Source: Nitrosopumilus sp. (GTDB lineage Archaea > Thermoproteota > Nitrososphaeria > Nitrososphaerales > Nitrosopumilaceae). Taken from it: a DNA stretch of 64,000 nt. The translations under genes were made by a program, and so were the position numbers. Shown piece after piece: positions 37,523 to 47,697 of the stretch (position 1 is its first letter; each line of letters starts with the position of its first letter). Under the pieces are notes generated by a model. It was given only the letters and a program-made list of their open reading frames with translations. It did not search any database and was not told the DNA's origin. Location of the stretch: assembly GCA_965238275.1 (NCBI GenBank), contig OZ250186.1, forward strand, positions 192,001 through 256,000, in the 5' to 3' direction.

Positions 37523-37630
37523 GGCGGCGCGCCCAAACCCCGCGACGGGGATTAATGGGGTCTGCTGGCGCATGCGATCATATTCCGGAATCATTCTGCC
37601 ACATGCCGGCAGGCCGCCCCGGATAACCCG

Positions 37631-39115
37631 TCAGGGCATTACGTTGAGCCCAATCACCGGGGATGCAAGCTCGACGAACTGGATAAGCGGTTCCGGATAC
37701 ACGCCGAATCCCACCAGGAATATGGTCGAGAATATCATGACTGCCATGATTGAGCGCGGCTCTGCGACCCTCTTTTCCTGCTCGCCTTCAAAGTACATCT
37801 TTCTTGTAAGCCAGCCATAGTATGCAAGGGAGAGTGCGCTGTTGAGCACGCCTGCAATCGCAAGCCACGGCGCCCACCAGATTGCAGATCCTGCATCCAG
37901 CGCGCTGCCAAACAGCATCAGCTTGCTCCAGAATCCGGACAGCGGCGGGATTCCTGCCAGTGCGAACAGGGCAATCACCAAACCCAGCGCGGTCACAGGC
38001 ATTCTCCGTCCAAGGCCCTTGAGCTTGTCGATGTGCGTCACTGCAAGGGTTGTGACTATGCCTGCTATCGCAATGAACGCTGCGCCCTTCATCACTGCAT
38101 GGTTGAATATATGGTAGAGGGATCCCTGCAGCCCCAGGGAGCTGTGCGGTGCCACGGCCAGGCCTATCAGGATGTATCCGGCGTGTGCTATGCTGGAGTA
38201 GGCAAGCATTCTTGAGATGTTCTTTTGCATGATCGCAGCAACGTTGCCAACAGTCATGGTCATTATCGCAAGAATTCCCAGGGCAAGCGTCCAGTCCAGG
38301 TTGAGCACGACCATTCCAAGGACCACCACCCGGATTGTTGCAGCAAAGCCTGCCTTCTTGGTGGCTGCTGCAAGAAGCGCAGCAATCGGGGATGGCGCCC
38401 CCTCGTAGGTGTCAGGAAGCCACTGGTGGAACGGTACCAGTCCCATCTTGAACCCAAACCCTGCAATGAACAGGCCCACCGAGAGCAGCGCAAGCGGAAG
38501 CAGCGACGGATCCAGCACCGAGTAGCCGGCAATGACCTGGCCTATGTTGGTGGTGCCAGTCAGCCCGTACGCTATTGAGATTCCGTATATGATGATTGCA
38601 GAGGAGAATGCGCCAAACAGGAAGTACTTGAGGGCCGCCTCGTTTGAGCTCGGGTTCTTCTTCATAAAGCCCACCAGGACGTACGTGGGGATGCTCATCA
38701 GCTCCCAAGCGACAAACAGCATCACAAGATCAGTCGAGTACGCCACCAGCACCATGCCGATTGTGGCAAGCAGTATCAGGGAGTAGTAGACTGCATGCGC
38801 GTTGTGCTTTCTCATGTAGTTGAACGAGCCCACGGTGGTGAACAGTGCCACTATCAGCATGGCTATTGCGAAGAATCCTCCAAACGCGTCATCGACTAGC
38901 ACGTCATCAGAGAAGAGTGCAGACGGAGATATCTCGTCGTTGACAAACTGGTATCCGACGTAGGCCAGCGATACTATGAGGGCTGCAAAGGCGATTGCAG
39001 CATAGAACGTGTTGGAGCCTTGCTCCCTTCGTGCAATGCTGATGATCGGAAGGAGCACGCCCACGGTTCCCAGAATGGCAATCAGTACCAGCGGTGTTGA
39101 AGTAGTCTCTAGCAT
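37631..39115 (-). CDS. nuoN: complex I subunit N
   Basis: EAALKYF, FKMGLVPFHQWLPDTYEG, RMLAYSSIAHAGY. Confidence 0.95.
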   Translation of the reverse strand: MLETTSTPLVLIAILGTVGVLLPIISIARREQGSNTFYAAIAFAALIVSLAYVGYQFVNDEISPSALFSDDVLVDDAFGGFFAIAMLIVALFTTVGSFNYMRKHNAHAVYYSLILLATIGMVLVAYSTDLVMLFVAWELMSIPTYVLVGFMKKNPSSNEAALKYFLFGAFSSAIIIYGISIAYGLTGTTNIGQVIAGYSVLDPSLLPLALLSVGLFIAGFGFKMGLVPFHQWLPDTYEGAPSPIAALLAAATKKAGFAATIRVVVLGMVVLNLDWTLALGILAIMTMTVGNVAAIMQKNISRMLAYSSIAHAGYILIGLAVAPHSSLGLQGSLYHIFNHAVMKGAAFIAIAGIVTTLAVTHIDKLKGLGRRMPVTALGLVIALFALAGIPPLSGFWSKLMLFGSALDAGSAIWWAPWLAIAGVLNSALSLAYYGWLTRKMYFEGEQEKRVAEPRSIMAVMIFSTIFLVGFGVYPEPLIQFVELASPVIGLNVMP

Positions 39116-39127
39116 TCCATCTCCCAC

Positions 39128-41209
39128 CTACACCAGCAACATCAGGACCACAAAGAGCAGTCCCGCCCCAAATACGAATAGATACGACTGTGATATTCCC
39201 GTCTGGCTTCCCTGTACGACCCTGGCACTCCATCCGACTGCCTTTTGTAATCCATCATTCATACCGTAGTCGATGACCGTCTTTTCAAAGTATCTGAACA
39301 CGCCCCTTGCCAGCCACAGTGGTGCTGCCACAAAGCACCAGTATATGATGGAGTTGAGGTACCACCTGTTCAGGAGGAACTTGTGGATTGCATAGAAGAA
39401 GATGTTGGAGTTTACAAACCTGACAGGATCAACCCACCTGCCTATGTAGAATATGTATCCCAGCCCGATTCCGATTGCAAACGCGGCAAGCGAGGATCCC
39501 AAGGCCACGGGGTTGAGTCCCTGCAGGAACTCTGGGAGGAAGGATGATGCATCAGCGGCCACGTGCTCGGTATGGATTCCAAAGTAGTTCTCCAGGTATT
39601 CGGTGAATACGTGGTGGAGTCCCTCCTCTGCAGACAGGCCGATGATTCCTATTCCGATGGTAAGCACGGCAAGGATTCCGTATGGAACCCACATGGACAT
39701 GGATGCCTCGTGTATGTGGTGGCCGTCTGCCTCCATCTTCTGGATGTGGCTGCTCTTCTTTCCAAAGAATACCATTCCCATCATTCGCGTGGTGTAGAAT
39801 GCCGTGATTACTGCCGTAACGACTGCTATGGTAAACAGCGGAAGGGCCCACTCTGCTCCGGACTCGTACACTGCTGCAAATACTGCATCCTTGCTCCAGA
39901 ATCCGGTGGTGATAAACGGCGCCCCCATGAGCCCCAGGCCTGCTGCCCACATGAAGGCGTATGTCTTCTTCATGTGTTTGCGCAGCCCGCCCATATCAGT
40001 CATGAACCGGGAGCCGACCACGTGCAGCAGGGAGCCGGCTGCCATGAACAGCGAGGCCTTGAACATTGCATGCGATATGAGATGGAAGAATCCGGCGGTG
40101 TATCCGTCGACGTACTGGTGTGAGAGGCCTGCAACGCCGAGTGCAAGCATCATGTAGCCTATCTGGGAGCCGGTAGAGTATGCAAGGACCTTTTTGATCT
40201 CCGGGTTGACCATTCCCTGCGTTGCCAGCAGCAGCGCAGTGATTGCGCCCACCCAGGCCACAATCTCAAAGAACTGGTCTGCCAGTATTCCTGCAGCGCC
40301 TAGCGCAAAGACGATCGGCCCGATCCTGGCAACCAGAAAGACGCCTGCCTTTACCATGGTTGCTGCGTGAATCAGCGCAGAGACTGCAGTCGGGCCGGTC
40401 ATGGCCTCAAGCAGCCACTCGTTTAGCGGGAACTGCGCGGACTTGCCGATGGCACCTCCAAAGATAAGCACGAAGGCAGGAACCAGCAGGCCCTGCGCGG
40501 ACATGGTAGTGGCCCAGGCAGTATCTGCCACCAGTTCCCGGAATCCAAAGGTTCCCGCAAAGAGGAATATCAAAAGCATGCCTGCAATCATCATGACGTC
40601 GCCGACCTTGGTCATGATGAAGGCCTTCATGCCTGCGTGTGTGGGGGAGTAGTAATCCAGCATGCCAAGGACCGTGCGGCCCTCCTGTCCCACGTGGTCC
40701 TTCTTCTTGTCGCGGTACCAGAAGCTGACAAGGGCGTACGAGGCAAGCCCCACGCCCTCCCATCCGAAGAAGACCTGCAGGAGGTTGTCGGAGAGAACTA
40801 TGAGCTGCATGGAGCCTATAAAGAACATCATCCAGAACCAGAACCTTACGATGTCCCGGTCGCCCTTCATGTATCCGGTGCTGTATACCATTATGAGGAA
40901 GGATATCCACCCCACCACGTTTGCCATGATTATGGAAAGCGGGTCTGCAAGCACGCCTCCATTGATGCCGATTGTCTCGATCCACATTATCTGATCGTGT
41001 ACCTCGTGGCCCTCCAGTGCCATCGGGAGAAGCGAGGCTGCAGACAGGGCACTCATAAGGGCAAATCCAACTGCCACGTATCCTGTCGCGTGCTTGGAGA
41101 ATTTGCCTACGCCGGGTATGATGAGGGCTGCTGCAAACGGCAGAATCCAGACAAGCCACGCGCTGAGGGCTCCTGCCTCGAATGGTAGACCGAGCGATTC
41201 AGTTGCCAT
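39128..41209 (-). CDS. nuoL: complex I subunit L
   Basis: GWEGVG, GKSAQFPL..WL..AM.GPT.VSALIHAATMV, HAMFKA. Confidence 0.96.
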   Translation of the reverse strand: MATESLGLPFEAGALSAWLVWILPFAAALIIPGVGKFSKHATGYVAVGFALMSALSAASLLPMALEGHEVHDQIMWIETIGINGGVLADPLSIIMANVVGWISFLIMVYSTGYMKGDRDIVRFWFWMMFFIGSMQLIVLSDNLLQVFFGWEGVGLASYALVSFWYRDKKKDHVGQEGRTVLGMLDYYSPTHAGMKAFIMTKVGDVMMIAGMLLIFLFAGTFGFRELVADTAWATTMSAQGLLVPAFVLIFGGAIGKSAQFPLNEWLLEAMTGPTAVSALIHAATMVKAGVFLVARIGPIVFALGAAGILADQFFEIVAWVGAITALLLATQGMVNPEIKKVLAYSTGSQIGYMMLALGVAGLSHQYVDGYTAGFFHLISHAMFKASLFMAAGSLLHVVGSRFMTDMGGLRKHMKKTYAFMWAAGLGLMGAPFITTGFWSKDAVFAAVYESGAEWALPLFTIAVVTAVITAFYTTRMMGMVFFGKKSSHIQKMEADGHHIHEASMSMWVPYGILAVLTIGIGIIGLSAEEGLHHVFTEYLENYFGIHTEHVAADASSFLPEFLQGLNPVALGSSLAAFAIGIGLGYIFYIGRWVDPVRFVNSNIFFYAIHKFLLNRWYLNSIIYWCFVAAPLWLARGVFRYFEKTVIDYGMNDGLQKAVGWSARVVQGSQTGISQSYLFVFGAGLLFVVLMLLV

Positions 41210-41212
41210 ACC

Positions 41213-42763
41213 CTAGACCCCCAGCACCCCGTTCATGTACGGAATGATTGATTGGTAAAAGATGTCAGGGTAGATCCCCACCACCATTGTAAATCCTGCA
41301 AGCACCATCATGGGCGCAGTCATGTACCAGCTTCCCTCCTTGACGTTCTCAAGGTGCTCGGGAGTCTTTCCAAAGAAGACGCGCTTGAGCATCCACAGCA
41401 TGTACGACATCGTAAGAACCGTGGCCACCAGCCCCAGGCCAAATGTTACTGCCCGTATGGTGGAGCCGTCGTTTATGGCAGTCTCAAGGGCGCCATAAAA
41501 CAGCACCCACTCCCCCATGAAGCCGCTGGTGGGCGGCACGCCCATTATCGTCATTGCCCCGATGACTGCGCAGACTGCAGTGATTGGCATCTTTCCGGCA
41601 AGGCCGCCAAGCTTGGATATGCTGCGGGTTCCGACCCGGACTATTATTATTCCGGCCATCATGAAGAGGATGCCCTTTCCTATTCCGTGGGTGACATACA
41701 TCATCTCGGCGCCTGCAAGCCCGAGGGCAGACAGGGAACCGATTCCAAACAGCAGGTATCCCATCTGGCTGATACTGGAATATGCAAGGAGCCGCTTGAG
41801 GTCGTCTTGCATCAGGGCCATGGCACCGCCGTATATCATGGTGACAAGACCCCATATGTGGAACCATATGGAGAGCTCGGCAAACGTGGCGGGCAGAAAC
41901 TCTACAATAAGCCGAAAGATTCCGTAGGCGCCGATTCCGATCATGGCAGGCGAAAGCAGTGCGCTGATCGGCGTGGGCGCAGAGCCGTGGACGTACGGCA
42001 GCCATATGTGGAACATGAACACGGCAAGCTTGACTCCCAGCCCGATCATTATCGCCACGGCAGATATCAGAACAATGTCTGGCGGGATCTCCGACTCCTG
42101 GATGTCTGCAAAGTCAAAGCTGCCGATTGTAAGGCCGATCATCAGAAAGCCCAAAAGCAGCACGACGGCGCCTGCATGCGTCCAGAACAGGAACATGAGG
42201 CCGATCTTCCGCCTCGGGCCGTCACCCCACAGCGCCACCAGGAAGAAACCCGGAATCAGCATCACCTCAAAGAAGATGTAAAACTCGATGAGGTTTGTAG
42301 AAAGGACCGTCCCGAGCATCCCCATGGCAAACACCAGATACAGGGCAAAGTAGAGCCCGGACTTGGCGTTGACGTATTCTGAGAGGGAGGGGGAGTCCAC
42401 AAGGGCGGTCTGCGTTCCACCCGATACGCTGATCTGCTCCTCCTCGTACTGCGCGTGGAACTTGTGAATCATGTAGGGCTTGGAGTACAGCACCAGTATC
42501 GTGGAGAGCACGTATATGATTATTGCAAAGGGCGATGCCAGGCCGTCAAGCAGGAATCCAAACTCGCCAAACTGTCCGGTCCACGGATAGTGCTCCTCGA
42601 CTGTTCCTGAGAGGGCGGCATTAACCACGAGGATCGTGGCGTACAGCAGGATTGCAAAGGTGAACCACATGGCAGGGGACGGGCCCGCCTTTTTTCCTAT
42701 GACGTATGCCACCGGGGATAGCAGTAGCGGCAGGAAGACTGCCTGTAGTAATGCATACTCCAT
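41213..42763 (-). CDS. nuoM: complex I subunit M
   Basis: FFEVMLIP, HIWLPYVHGSAPT, KRLLAYSSISQMG. Confidence 0.95.
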   Translation of the reverse strand: MEYALLQAVFLPLLLSPVAYVIGKKAGPSPAMWFTFAILLYATILVVNAALSGTVEEHYPWTGQFGEFGFLLDGLASPFAIIIYVLSTILVLYSKPYMIHKFHAQYEEEQISVSGGTQTALVDSPSLSEYVNAKSGLYFALYLVFAMGMLGTVLSTNLIEFYIFFEVMLIPGFFLVALWGDGPRRKIGLMFLFWTHAGAVVLLLGFLMIGLTIGSFDFADIQESEIPPDIVLISAVAIMIGLGVKLAVFMFHIWLPYVHGSAPTPISALLSPAMIGIGAYGIFRLIVEFLPATFAELSIWFHIWGLVTMIYGGAMALMQDDLKRLLAYSSISQMGYLLFGIGSLSALGLAGAEMMYVTHGIGKGILFMMAGIIIVRVGTRSISKLGGLAGKMPITAVCAVIGAMTIMGVPPTSGFMGEWVLFYGALETAINDGSTIRAVTFGLGLVATVLTMSYMLWMLKRVFFGKTPEHLENVKEGSWYMTAPMMVLAGFTMVVGIYPDIFYQSIIPYMNGVLGV

Positions 42764-43068
42764 TATCCCTTTAGGCTCCTAAAGTCTGCAATGTCTATGT
42801 TGTGGTACATGCGGTACGCCACAATTATCAGCGAGAGGCCCACTGCAACCTCTGCGGCTGCAATGGCAATAGAGAACAGCGCCAGCGTCTGTCCGCCGCT
42901 GTCAGGGATGAACCTTGCAAAGGCCACAAGATTGAGGTTGGCAGAATTGATGATGATCTCGATTGCAAAGAGCATCCTGATGAAGTTGCGCTTTACGGCA
43001 AGGCCGTATATCCCGATGCCCAGGAGGGCCACAGATACCAGCGTAAAGTCAACTAGCTCGCTGGCCAT
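42763..43068 (-). CDS. nuoK: complex I subunit K
   Basis: IE...NSANLN, IAAAEVAVGL. Confidence 0.95.
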   Translation of the reverse strand: MASELVDFTLVSVALLGIGIYGLAVKRNFIRMLFAIEIIINSANLNLVAFARFIPDSGGQTLALFSIAIAAAEVAVGLSLIIVAYRMYHNIDIADFRSLKG

Positions 43069-43561
43069 TCTCCACATCCTCCCGCTTGGCAAGAACCAGT
43101 GCACCCGTGACAGATCCTGTCAGAATCAGGGCCATCACTATCAGGGCAGGCCAGTAGTAGGTTACAAAGTCAGCGCCGATGTCCCTAAAGTCCACCGGAT
43201 CCTCATCGGTGGTTATTGACTTGATTCCGGAATCCAGAAATACTGCGCCCAGTGCCACCATCACCACCAGCATCAGAGCGATTCCGGCAAACTTTCTCCG
43301 GCTGTCCTCTATCTTTTTGAATATGAGCTCCCTCTTGACGAGCATGACGGTAAAGAGGATCAGCACTGCGATGGATCCCACGTATACGGCAATCTGGAAC
43401 AGGGCCACAAACGGCGAGTCCAGAAGGAGGAAGAACCCGGCTATGCCGCCAAGCGTGCCCATCAGGGCAATGGAGCCGTATATCAGGGATCGCAGTTCAA
43501 GGGCGGCAATTGCGGATCCTATCGTGATTACGGCCAGGGCCAGAAATACGGCATCAGCCAT
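43049..43561 (-). CDS. nuoJ: complex I subunit J
   Basis: QIAVYVGSIAVLILF. Confidence 0.93.
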   Translation of the reverse strand: MADAVFLALAVITIGSAIAALELRSLIYGSIALMGTLGGIAGFFLLLDSPFVALFQIAVYVGSIAVLILFTVMLVKRELIFKKIEDSRRKFAGIALMLVVMVALGAVFLDSGIKSITTDEDPVDFRDIGADFVTYYWPALIVMALILTGSVTGALVLAKREDVENGQRAS

Positions 43562-44051
43562 GCGTGGCGCCCCTGTCGGTAATCTTGATCTCGCTGTCCT
43601 GGGCTACGTACGGTTTTACTGCAAGCTGGGCAGGGGTGTATATCAGGCCCTCCTTTGAGAACGAGGACAGTTCGTAGTCGTTTGTCATGTATAGTGCGTA
43701 AAACGGGCATGCGTCAACACACAGGCCGCAGAAGACGCACTTGCCGTAGTCTATCTGGGGCATGATGGACTTTTTGTTCTGCTTTTGCTCCTCGGGCACC
43801 TTTACCATCGCTATTGCCTCTGCAACCCCCTCGCATGCAATGGAGCACAGCTGGCAGCCGGTGCAGTGGTCGTGAAACAGCATGTGGCGCCCCTTGAGCC
43901 CTGCGATTCCCACGCCGGTGGCCGGATCATACTGGTACCCGTCGCCCACAAACTTTAGCTTCTCCTCCGGGTATCTGAGCGTGAACCGCTTTACTGCAAG
44001 ATGCTTGATTCCAGAGTTGAGCGCTTTGATAATTCCTGTTGCAGTGTTCAT
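43554..44051 (-). CDS. nuoI: complex I subunit I (2x[4Fe-4S])
   Basis: TLRYPEE, CTGCQLCSIAC, CVFCGLCVDACP. Confidence 0.95.
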   Translation of the reverse strand: MNTATGIIKALNSGIKHLAVKRFTLRYPEEKLKFVGDGYQYDPATGVGIAGLKGRHMLFHDHCTGCQLCSIACEGVAEAIAMVKVPEEQKQNKKSIMPQIDYGKCVFCGLCVDACPFYALYMTNDYELSSFSKEGLIYTPAQLAVKPYVAQDSEIKITDRGATHG

Positions 44052-45346
44052 TGTAACCCTCCCGGTCCTAGGACTCCAGCGTAAAGCAGTCCCAGTGCAA
44101 TAAAGATGTTGACAAACGCAAGGCCGATGAGCTTGGTCCACCCCAGGTTCAGCAGCATGTCTATCCTGATCCTCGGGAACACCCCCCTTGGCAGGAGTAT
44201 GAAGAATATGAGGGCTACGGTCTTGAGGACAAACCAGAATGCCCCGTTAAGCATGTCCTGTGTGAAGAGCGGCAGTCCGGGAATCTGGGCAGATACCGGT
44301 CCGAGTTCTATCCCTTCGGTGATTATCTCTGCGGGGAACGGGGGCACCACCATGGGCCCGTTCCAGCCTCCCAGGAACAGCACCACAAACAGTCCTGCAA
44401 ACGCGTACAGTTTGAGGTACGTTCCAAGCTGCACCAGCCCGTACATCATTCCGGAGAACTCTGTGAGCCACCCGGCTACAATCTCGCTTTCTGCCTCGGG
44501 AAGATCAAAGGGGATCCTCTCCAGCTCTGCAAGCATCGTGATAAAGAACACGATCGCCCCTATCGGCAGGAACACTATCCACGGCACGATTGACTGGCTT
44601 GCCGCAATCTCCGAGAGGTTGAGGGTTCCAGTGATTATCACCACGCCCAAAAGCGAGAGGATCAGCGGAATCTCAAAGGACACCATCTGGAAGAGTGCCC
44701 GTATGCCTCCGATGAACGGGAACTTGCTGTTTGCCGACCAGGCAGACAGGACCGTGATTATGGGGAAGAATCCGATTACCGCAAAGACTGCAATCAGCCC
44801 CAGGTCCACGTCTGCCACCACCCAGCCGGGTGCGACAGGAATCAGTGCGACAAACGCAGCCGCCGTGGCTACGAAGATTACCGGGGCGGCCCAGAATATC
44901 GGCTTGTCGGCCTTGGCAGGTATTATGATCTCCTTGGATATCAGCTTCAGCCCGTCGCCCATCAGCTGCAGTATTCCCTCAAACTTCCCACAGTAAAACG
45001 GCCCCACGCGGAGCTGCATTTTTGCAAGCATCTTGCGTTCGACAAATATGGTTCCTGCGGCAATCAGTGCGGCAAACCCAAACCCCGGAAATGCTATCAC
45101 CCGGAATATGTCAGTGGACATGAATGCGTGTACCAGGGGGAGCGTTCGCGTGGGATCTATTATCCATGTGAATGCAAGGAACGGCGTGAGCAGTTCTCCG
45201 TTGATTACCGGCAGCTCGATGTAGAAGAGCACCATCATTACTGCGGGAACGCCCACCAGCACCATCAGGAAGAGCGTCCAGAACGCGTCGTTGATTATCG
45301 ACTTTATGAACTCGCTGAGTTTGAATTTGGGTGCTATTACTGACAT
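44048..45346 (-). CDS. nuoH: complex I subunit H
   Basis: ERKMLAKMQLRVGP, DGLKLISKE, RIPFDLPEAESE. Confidence 0.96.
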   Translation of the reverse strand: MSVIAPKFKLSEFIKSIINDAFWTLFLMVLVGVPAVMMVLFYIELPVINGELLTPFLAFTWIIDPTRTLPLVHAFMSTDIFRVIAFPGFGFAALIAAGTIFVERKMLAKMQLRVGPFYCGKFEGILQLMGDGLKLISKEIIIPAKADKPIFWAAPVIFVATAAAFVALIPVAPGWVVADVDLGLIAVFAVIGFFPIITVLSAWSANSKFPFIGGIRALFQMVSFEIPLILSLLGVVIITGTLNLSEIAASQSIVPWIVFLPIGAIVFFITMLAELERIPFDLPEAESEIVAGWLTEFSGMMYGLVQLGTYLKLYAFAGLFVVLFLGGWNGPMVVPPFPAEIITEGIELGPVSAQIPGLPLFTQDMLNGAFWFVLKTVALIFFILLPRGVFPRIRIDMLLNLGWTKLIGLAFVNIFIALGLLYAGVLGPGGLQ

Positions 45347-46479
45347 TATCGATCCGCCTCCACGGGCCAGTAGTTGAGACTCCAGTAGACAGCAGGCATG
45401 TTGCCAAGCTTTTCCCCCTTGAGAAGGTACGGCAGCGCTATAAGGTTCCTAAACGAGCCGACGCTCATCTTGACCCGGTACGGCTCTGGCTTTCCGTCAG
45501 AGACTATGTAGCATCCCAGGGAGCCCCTGCCTGACTCCACGCGCTTGTACACAGAGCCTATCACGCCCTTGGGGTTTGGCTTGAGCTTGACGCGGACGGA
45601 GCCTGACTTGGGTATCTTTTGCAGCGCCTGACGGATTATCTGGCAGCTCTCCAGCATGTCAAGCCACGGAACCTTGGAACGGGCATACGAGTCGCCCTCC
45701 TTCATCACGTTGGTCTGAAAGTCCAGCTCGTCATAAACGTCATACGGCTCCTTCTTTCTCAGGTCGTAGTCGACGCCGCTGGCACGGAGCACGGAGCCCG
45801 TGGTTCCAAGCCGGATTGCATCCTGCCGCGACAGCACGCCGGTATCCCTGGTTCTAGATATCAGGATCGGGTTGTCATAGAATATTGCAGAGTACTCCCG
45901 GATGCGTTTTTCAAAGTAGTTGACCTGACGCAGGCAGACATCCTCAAAGTTTGGGGGCAGGTCGTTTCGCACGCCTCCGGGAACAAAGTGTGCGTGGGTT
46001 ACCCTTGCACCTGTCATCTTCTCCATGAGATCTATCAGGAATTCGCGATCCCCGGCAGGCCACATGAACATGGTGGAGTGCCCAAGGAAGATTCCGTATA
46101 TTGCAAGCCAGTACATGGTGTAGATGCACCTGTTCAGTTCGGACGATATCACCCGGACGTATTTTGCGCGCTCCGGAACCTCGATTCCCAAAAGCTCCTC
46201 TGCACCCAGAACATATGGGTACAGGACGTTGCACGAGTCGTGAATAACGGGCCTCTCCAGATGCGGAATGTTTGTGATGTAGTTGCGGTATTCTGCCATC
46301 TTCTCCTCCCCGCGGTGCACGTAGCCTGGATCAGGGTCGCATGCGACTATGTAGTCGCCGTCTATCTGCACCACTAGCCTCATGTGGCCCGAGCCCGGGT
46401 GCTGAGGCCCGACGTTGAGGGTCATTATCCTCTCGTCGACTTTTTGGAGTGCTAGCCCAGGTGGAAGTTCTACGCTCAT
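45346..46479 (-). CDS. nuoD: complex I subunit D
   Basis: LNVGPQHP, GYVHRGEEK, ESGRG, C-terminal EADR. Confidence 0.96.
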   Translation of the reverse strand: MSVELPPGLALQKVDERIMTLNVGPQHPGSGHMRLVVQIDGDYIVACDPDPGYVHRGEEKMAEYRNYITNIPHLERPVIHDSCNVLYPYVLGAEELLGIEVPERAKYVRVISSELNRCIYTMYWLAIYGIFLGHSTMFMWPAGDREFLIDLMEKMTGARVTHAHFVPGGVRNDLPPNFEDVCLRQVNYFEKRIREYSAIFYDNPILISRTRDTGVLSRQDAIRLGTTGSVLRASGVDYDLRKKEPYDVYDELDFQTNVMKEGDSYARSKVPWLDMLESCQIIRQALQKIPKSGSVRVKLKPNPKGVIGSVYKRVESGRGSLGCYIVSDGKPEPYRVKMSVGSFRNLIALPYLLKGEKLGNMPAVYWSLNYWPVEADR

Positions 46480-46483
46480 ACCA

Positions 46484-47482
46484 CTATCTCCCCTTTATTG
46501 CAAAGTCCTTTCGGAGCGGAGGCAGGTCCGCCCAGTCCTCAGGCAGCAGCAATCTTCTGTTATCAGGATGACCCTCAAAATAGACGCCAAACATCTCAAA
46601 TACCTCCCTTTCATGAAACTCTACGCTGTAAAATACATCCCTGAGGCTTGGAAGCCTCGTGGCATCATTGCCAGGTATGGGATCCTCCTCCCTCTGCGCC
46701 CTGGTGGACAGCACAAGAATCTGCCTTTCCAGTTCGGGGTCAGTGTAAGATCCTATATGATAAACAACCTCAATCTCTTTGTCCTGGGGATAGTCCACTC
46801 CCGAGACTGACTCGACATGATCGTAGTTTAGTTCGTCACGAATATACTCGGCAACCTGATGAACGTCGTCCCTGCCGGCACGTATTCCGACCCGATCCTT
46901 GCTTACAAATGTGACACTGACCTTCTCCCCGAACTTTTCTACCAGTTTGGCAGATATGCCGGTTTCAAATACCGGAGGCGGGGCAGCCTTGGGTGCGGGT
47001 TTTCTTGCCATGGGTCTTCTTGCCATGGGTTTTCTTGCCACGGGTCTGGCAGGCGGTGTGGGTCTGGCTGCAGCGGGTCTGGCAGGCGGTGTGGGTCTGG
47101 CTGCAGCGGGTCTGGCAGGCGGTGTGGGTCTGGCTGCAGCGGGTCTGGCTGCAGCGGGTCTGGCTGCAGCGGGTCTGGCTGCAGCGGGTCTGGCTGCAGC
47201 GGGTCTGGCAGGCGGTGTGGGTCTGGCTGCAGCGGGTCTGGGTGCGGGCTTTGCAGTACCTGCTTTTGGAGCGGGTTTGGTTGGTGCGGGTTCTGGTTTA
47301 GTTTCTGTCTTTTCAGCGCCGGCTTTTGGAGCGGGTTTAGGTTTGGTTGGTGCGGGTTCTGGTTTAGTTTCTGTCTTTTCAGCGCCGGCTTTTGGAGCGG
47401 GCTTGGGTGCGGGTTTGGTTGGTGCATCCATGAGAGCATCTTCAGTCTTTGTCTCTACGGATCGTTCAAAATCAGAACCCAT
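46484..47482 (-). CDS. nuoC: complex I subunit C with long Pro/Ala/Arg/Lys repeat N-terminus
   Basis: EREVFEMFGVYFEGHPD.RRLLLPEDW...PLRKDF. Confidence 0.93.
   Translation of the reverse strand: MGSDFERSVETKTEDALMDAPTKPAPKPAPKAGAEKTETKPEPAPTKPKPAPKAGAEKTETKPEPAPTKPAPKAGTAKPAPRPAAARPTPPARPAAARPAAARPAAARPAAARPAAARPTPPARPAAARPTPPARPAAARPTPPARPVARKPMARRPMARKPAPKAAPPPVFETGISAKLVEKFGEKVSVTFVSKDRVGIRAGRDDVHQVAEYIRDELNYDHVESVSGVDYPQDKEIEVVYHIGSYTDPELERQILVLSTRAQREEDPIPGNDATRLPSLRDVFYSVEFHEREVFEMFGVYFEGHPDNRRLLLPEDWADLPPLRKDFAIKGR
46990..47420. repeat. nested coding tandem repeats in nuoC (15-, 33- and ~60-bp units)
   Basis: GGGTCTGGCTGCAGC, GGGTCTGGCAGGCGGTGT, GGGT(T/C)TTCTTGCCAT and duplicated GGGTTCTGGTTTAGTTTCTGTCTTTTCAGCGCCGGCTTTTGGAGCGGG. 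Confidence 0.93.
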
Positions 47483-47697
47483 TACACAAATCTCCTAGCC
47501 TCCATACATTTTAGCCTTTATCTTGGATGTTGTTATATGGATGCAGATTATGTTACACAGGACAGAAAGTATCCATCGTGGGATGCCAGGCAAATTCTGA
47601 ATCCATGATTTGTCTCAATCCGACTGGAACACGGAAGGTACCGGCAGACTTGCATGATGCCCGAATATGTTATGGGGTGAAGCAGACGGTCTGAAAA

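Noticed and set aside
46859-47608. Plus-strand and alternate-frame ORFs with striking repeats (CSGSG, GLAAA, VWLQR, PDPLQ)
   Set aside because: Shadow translations of the nuoC tandem repeats.
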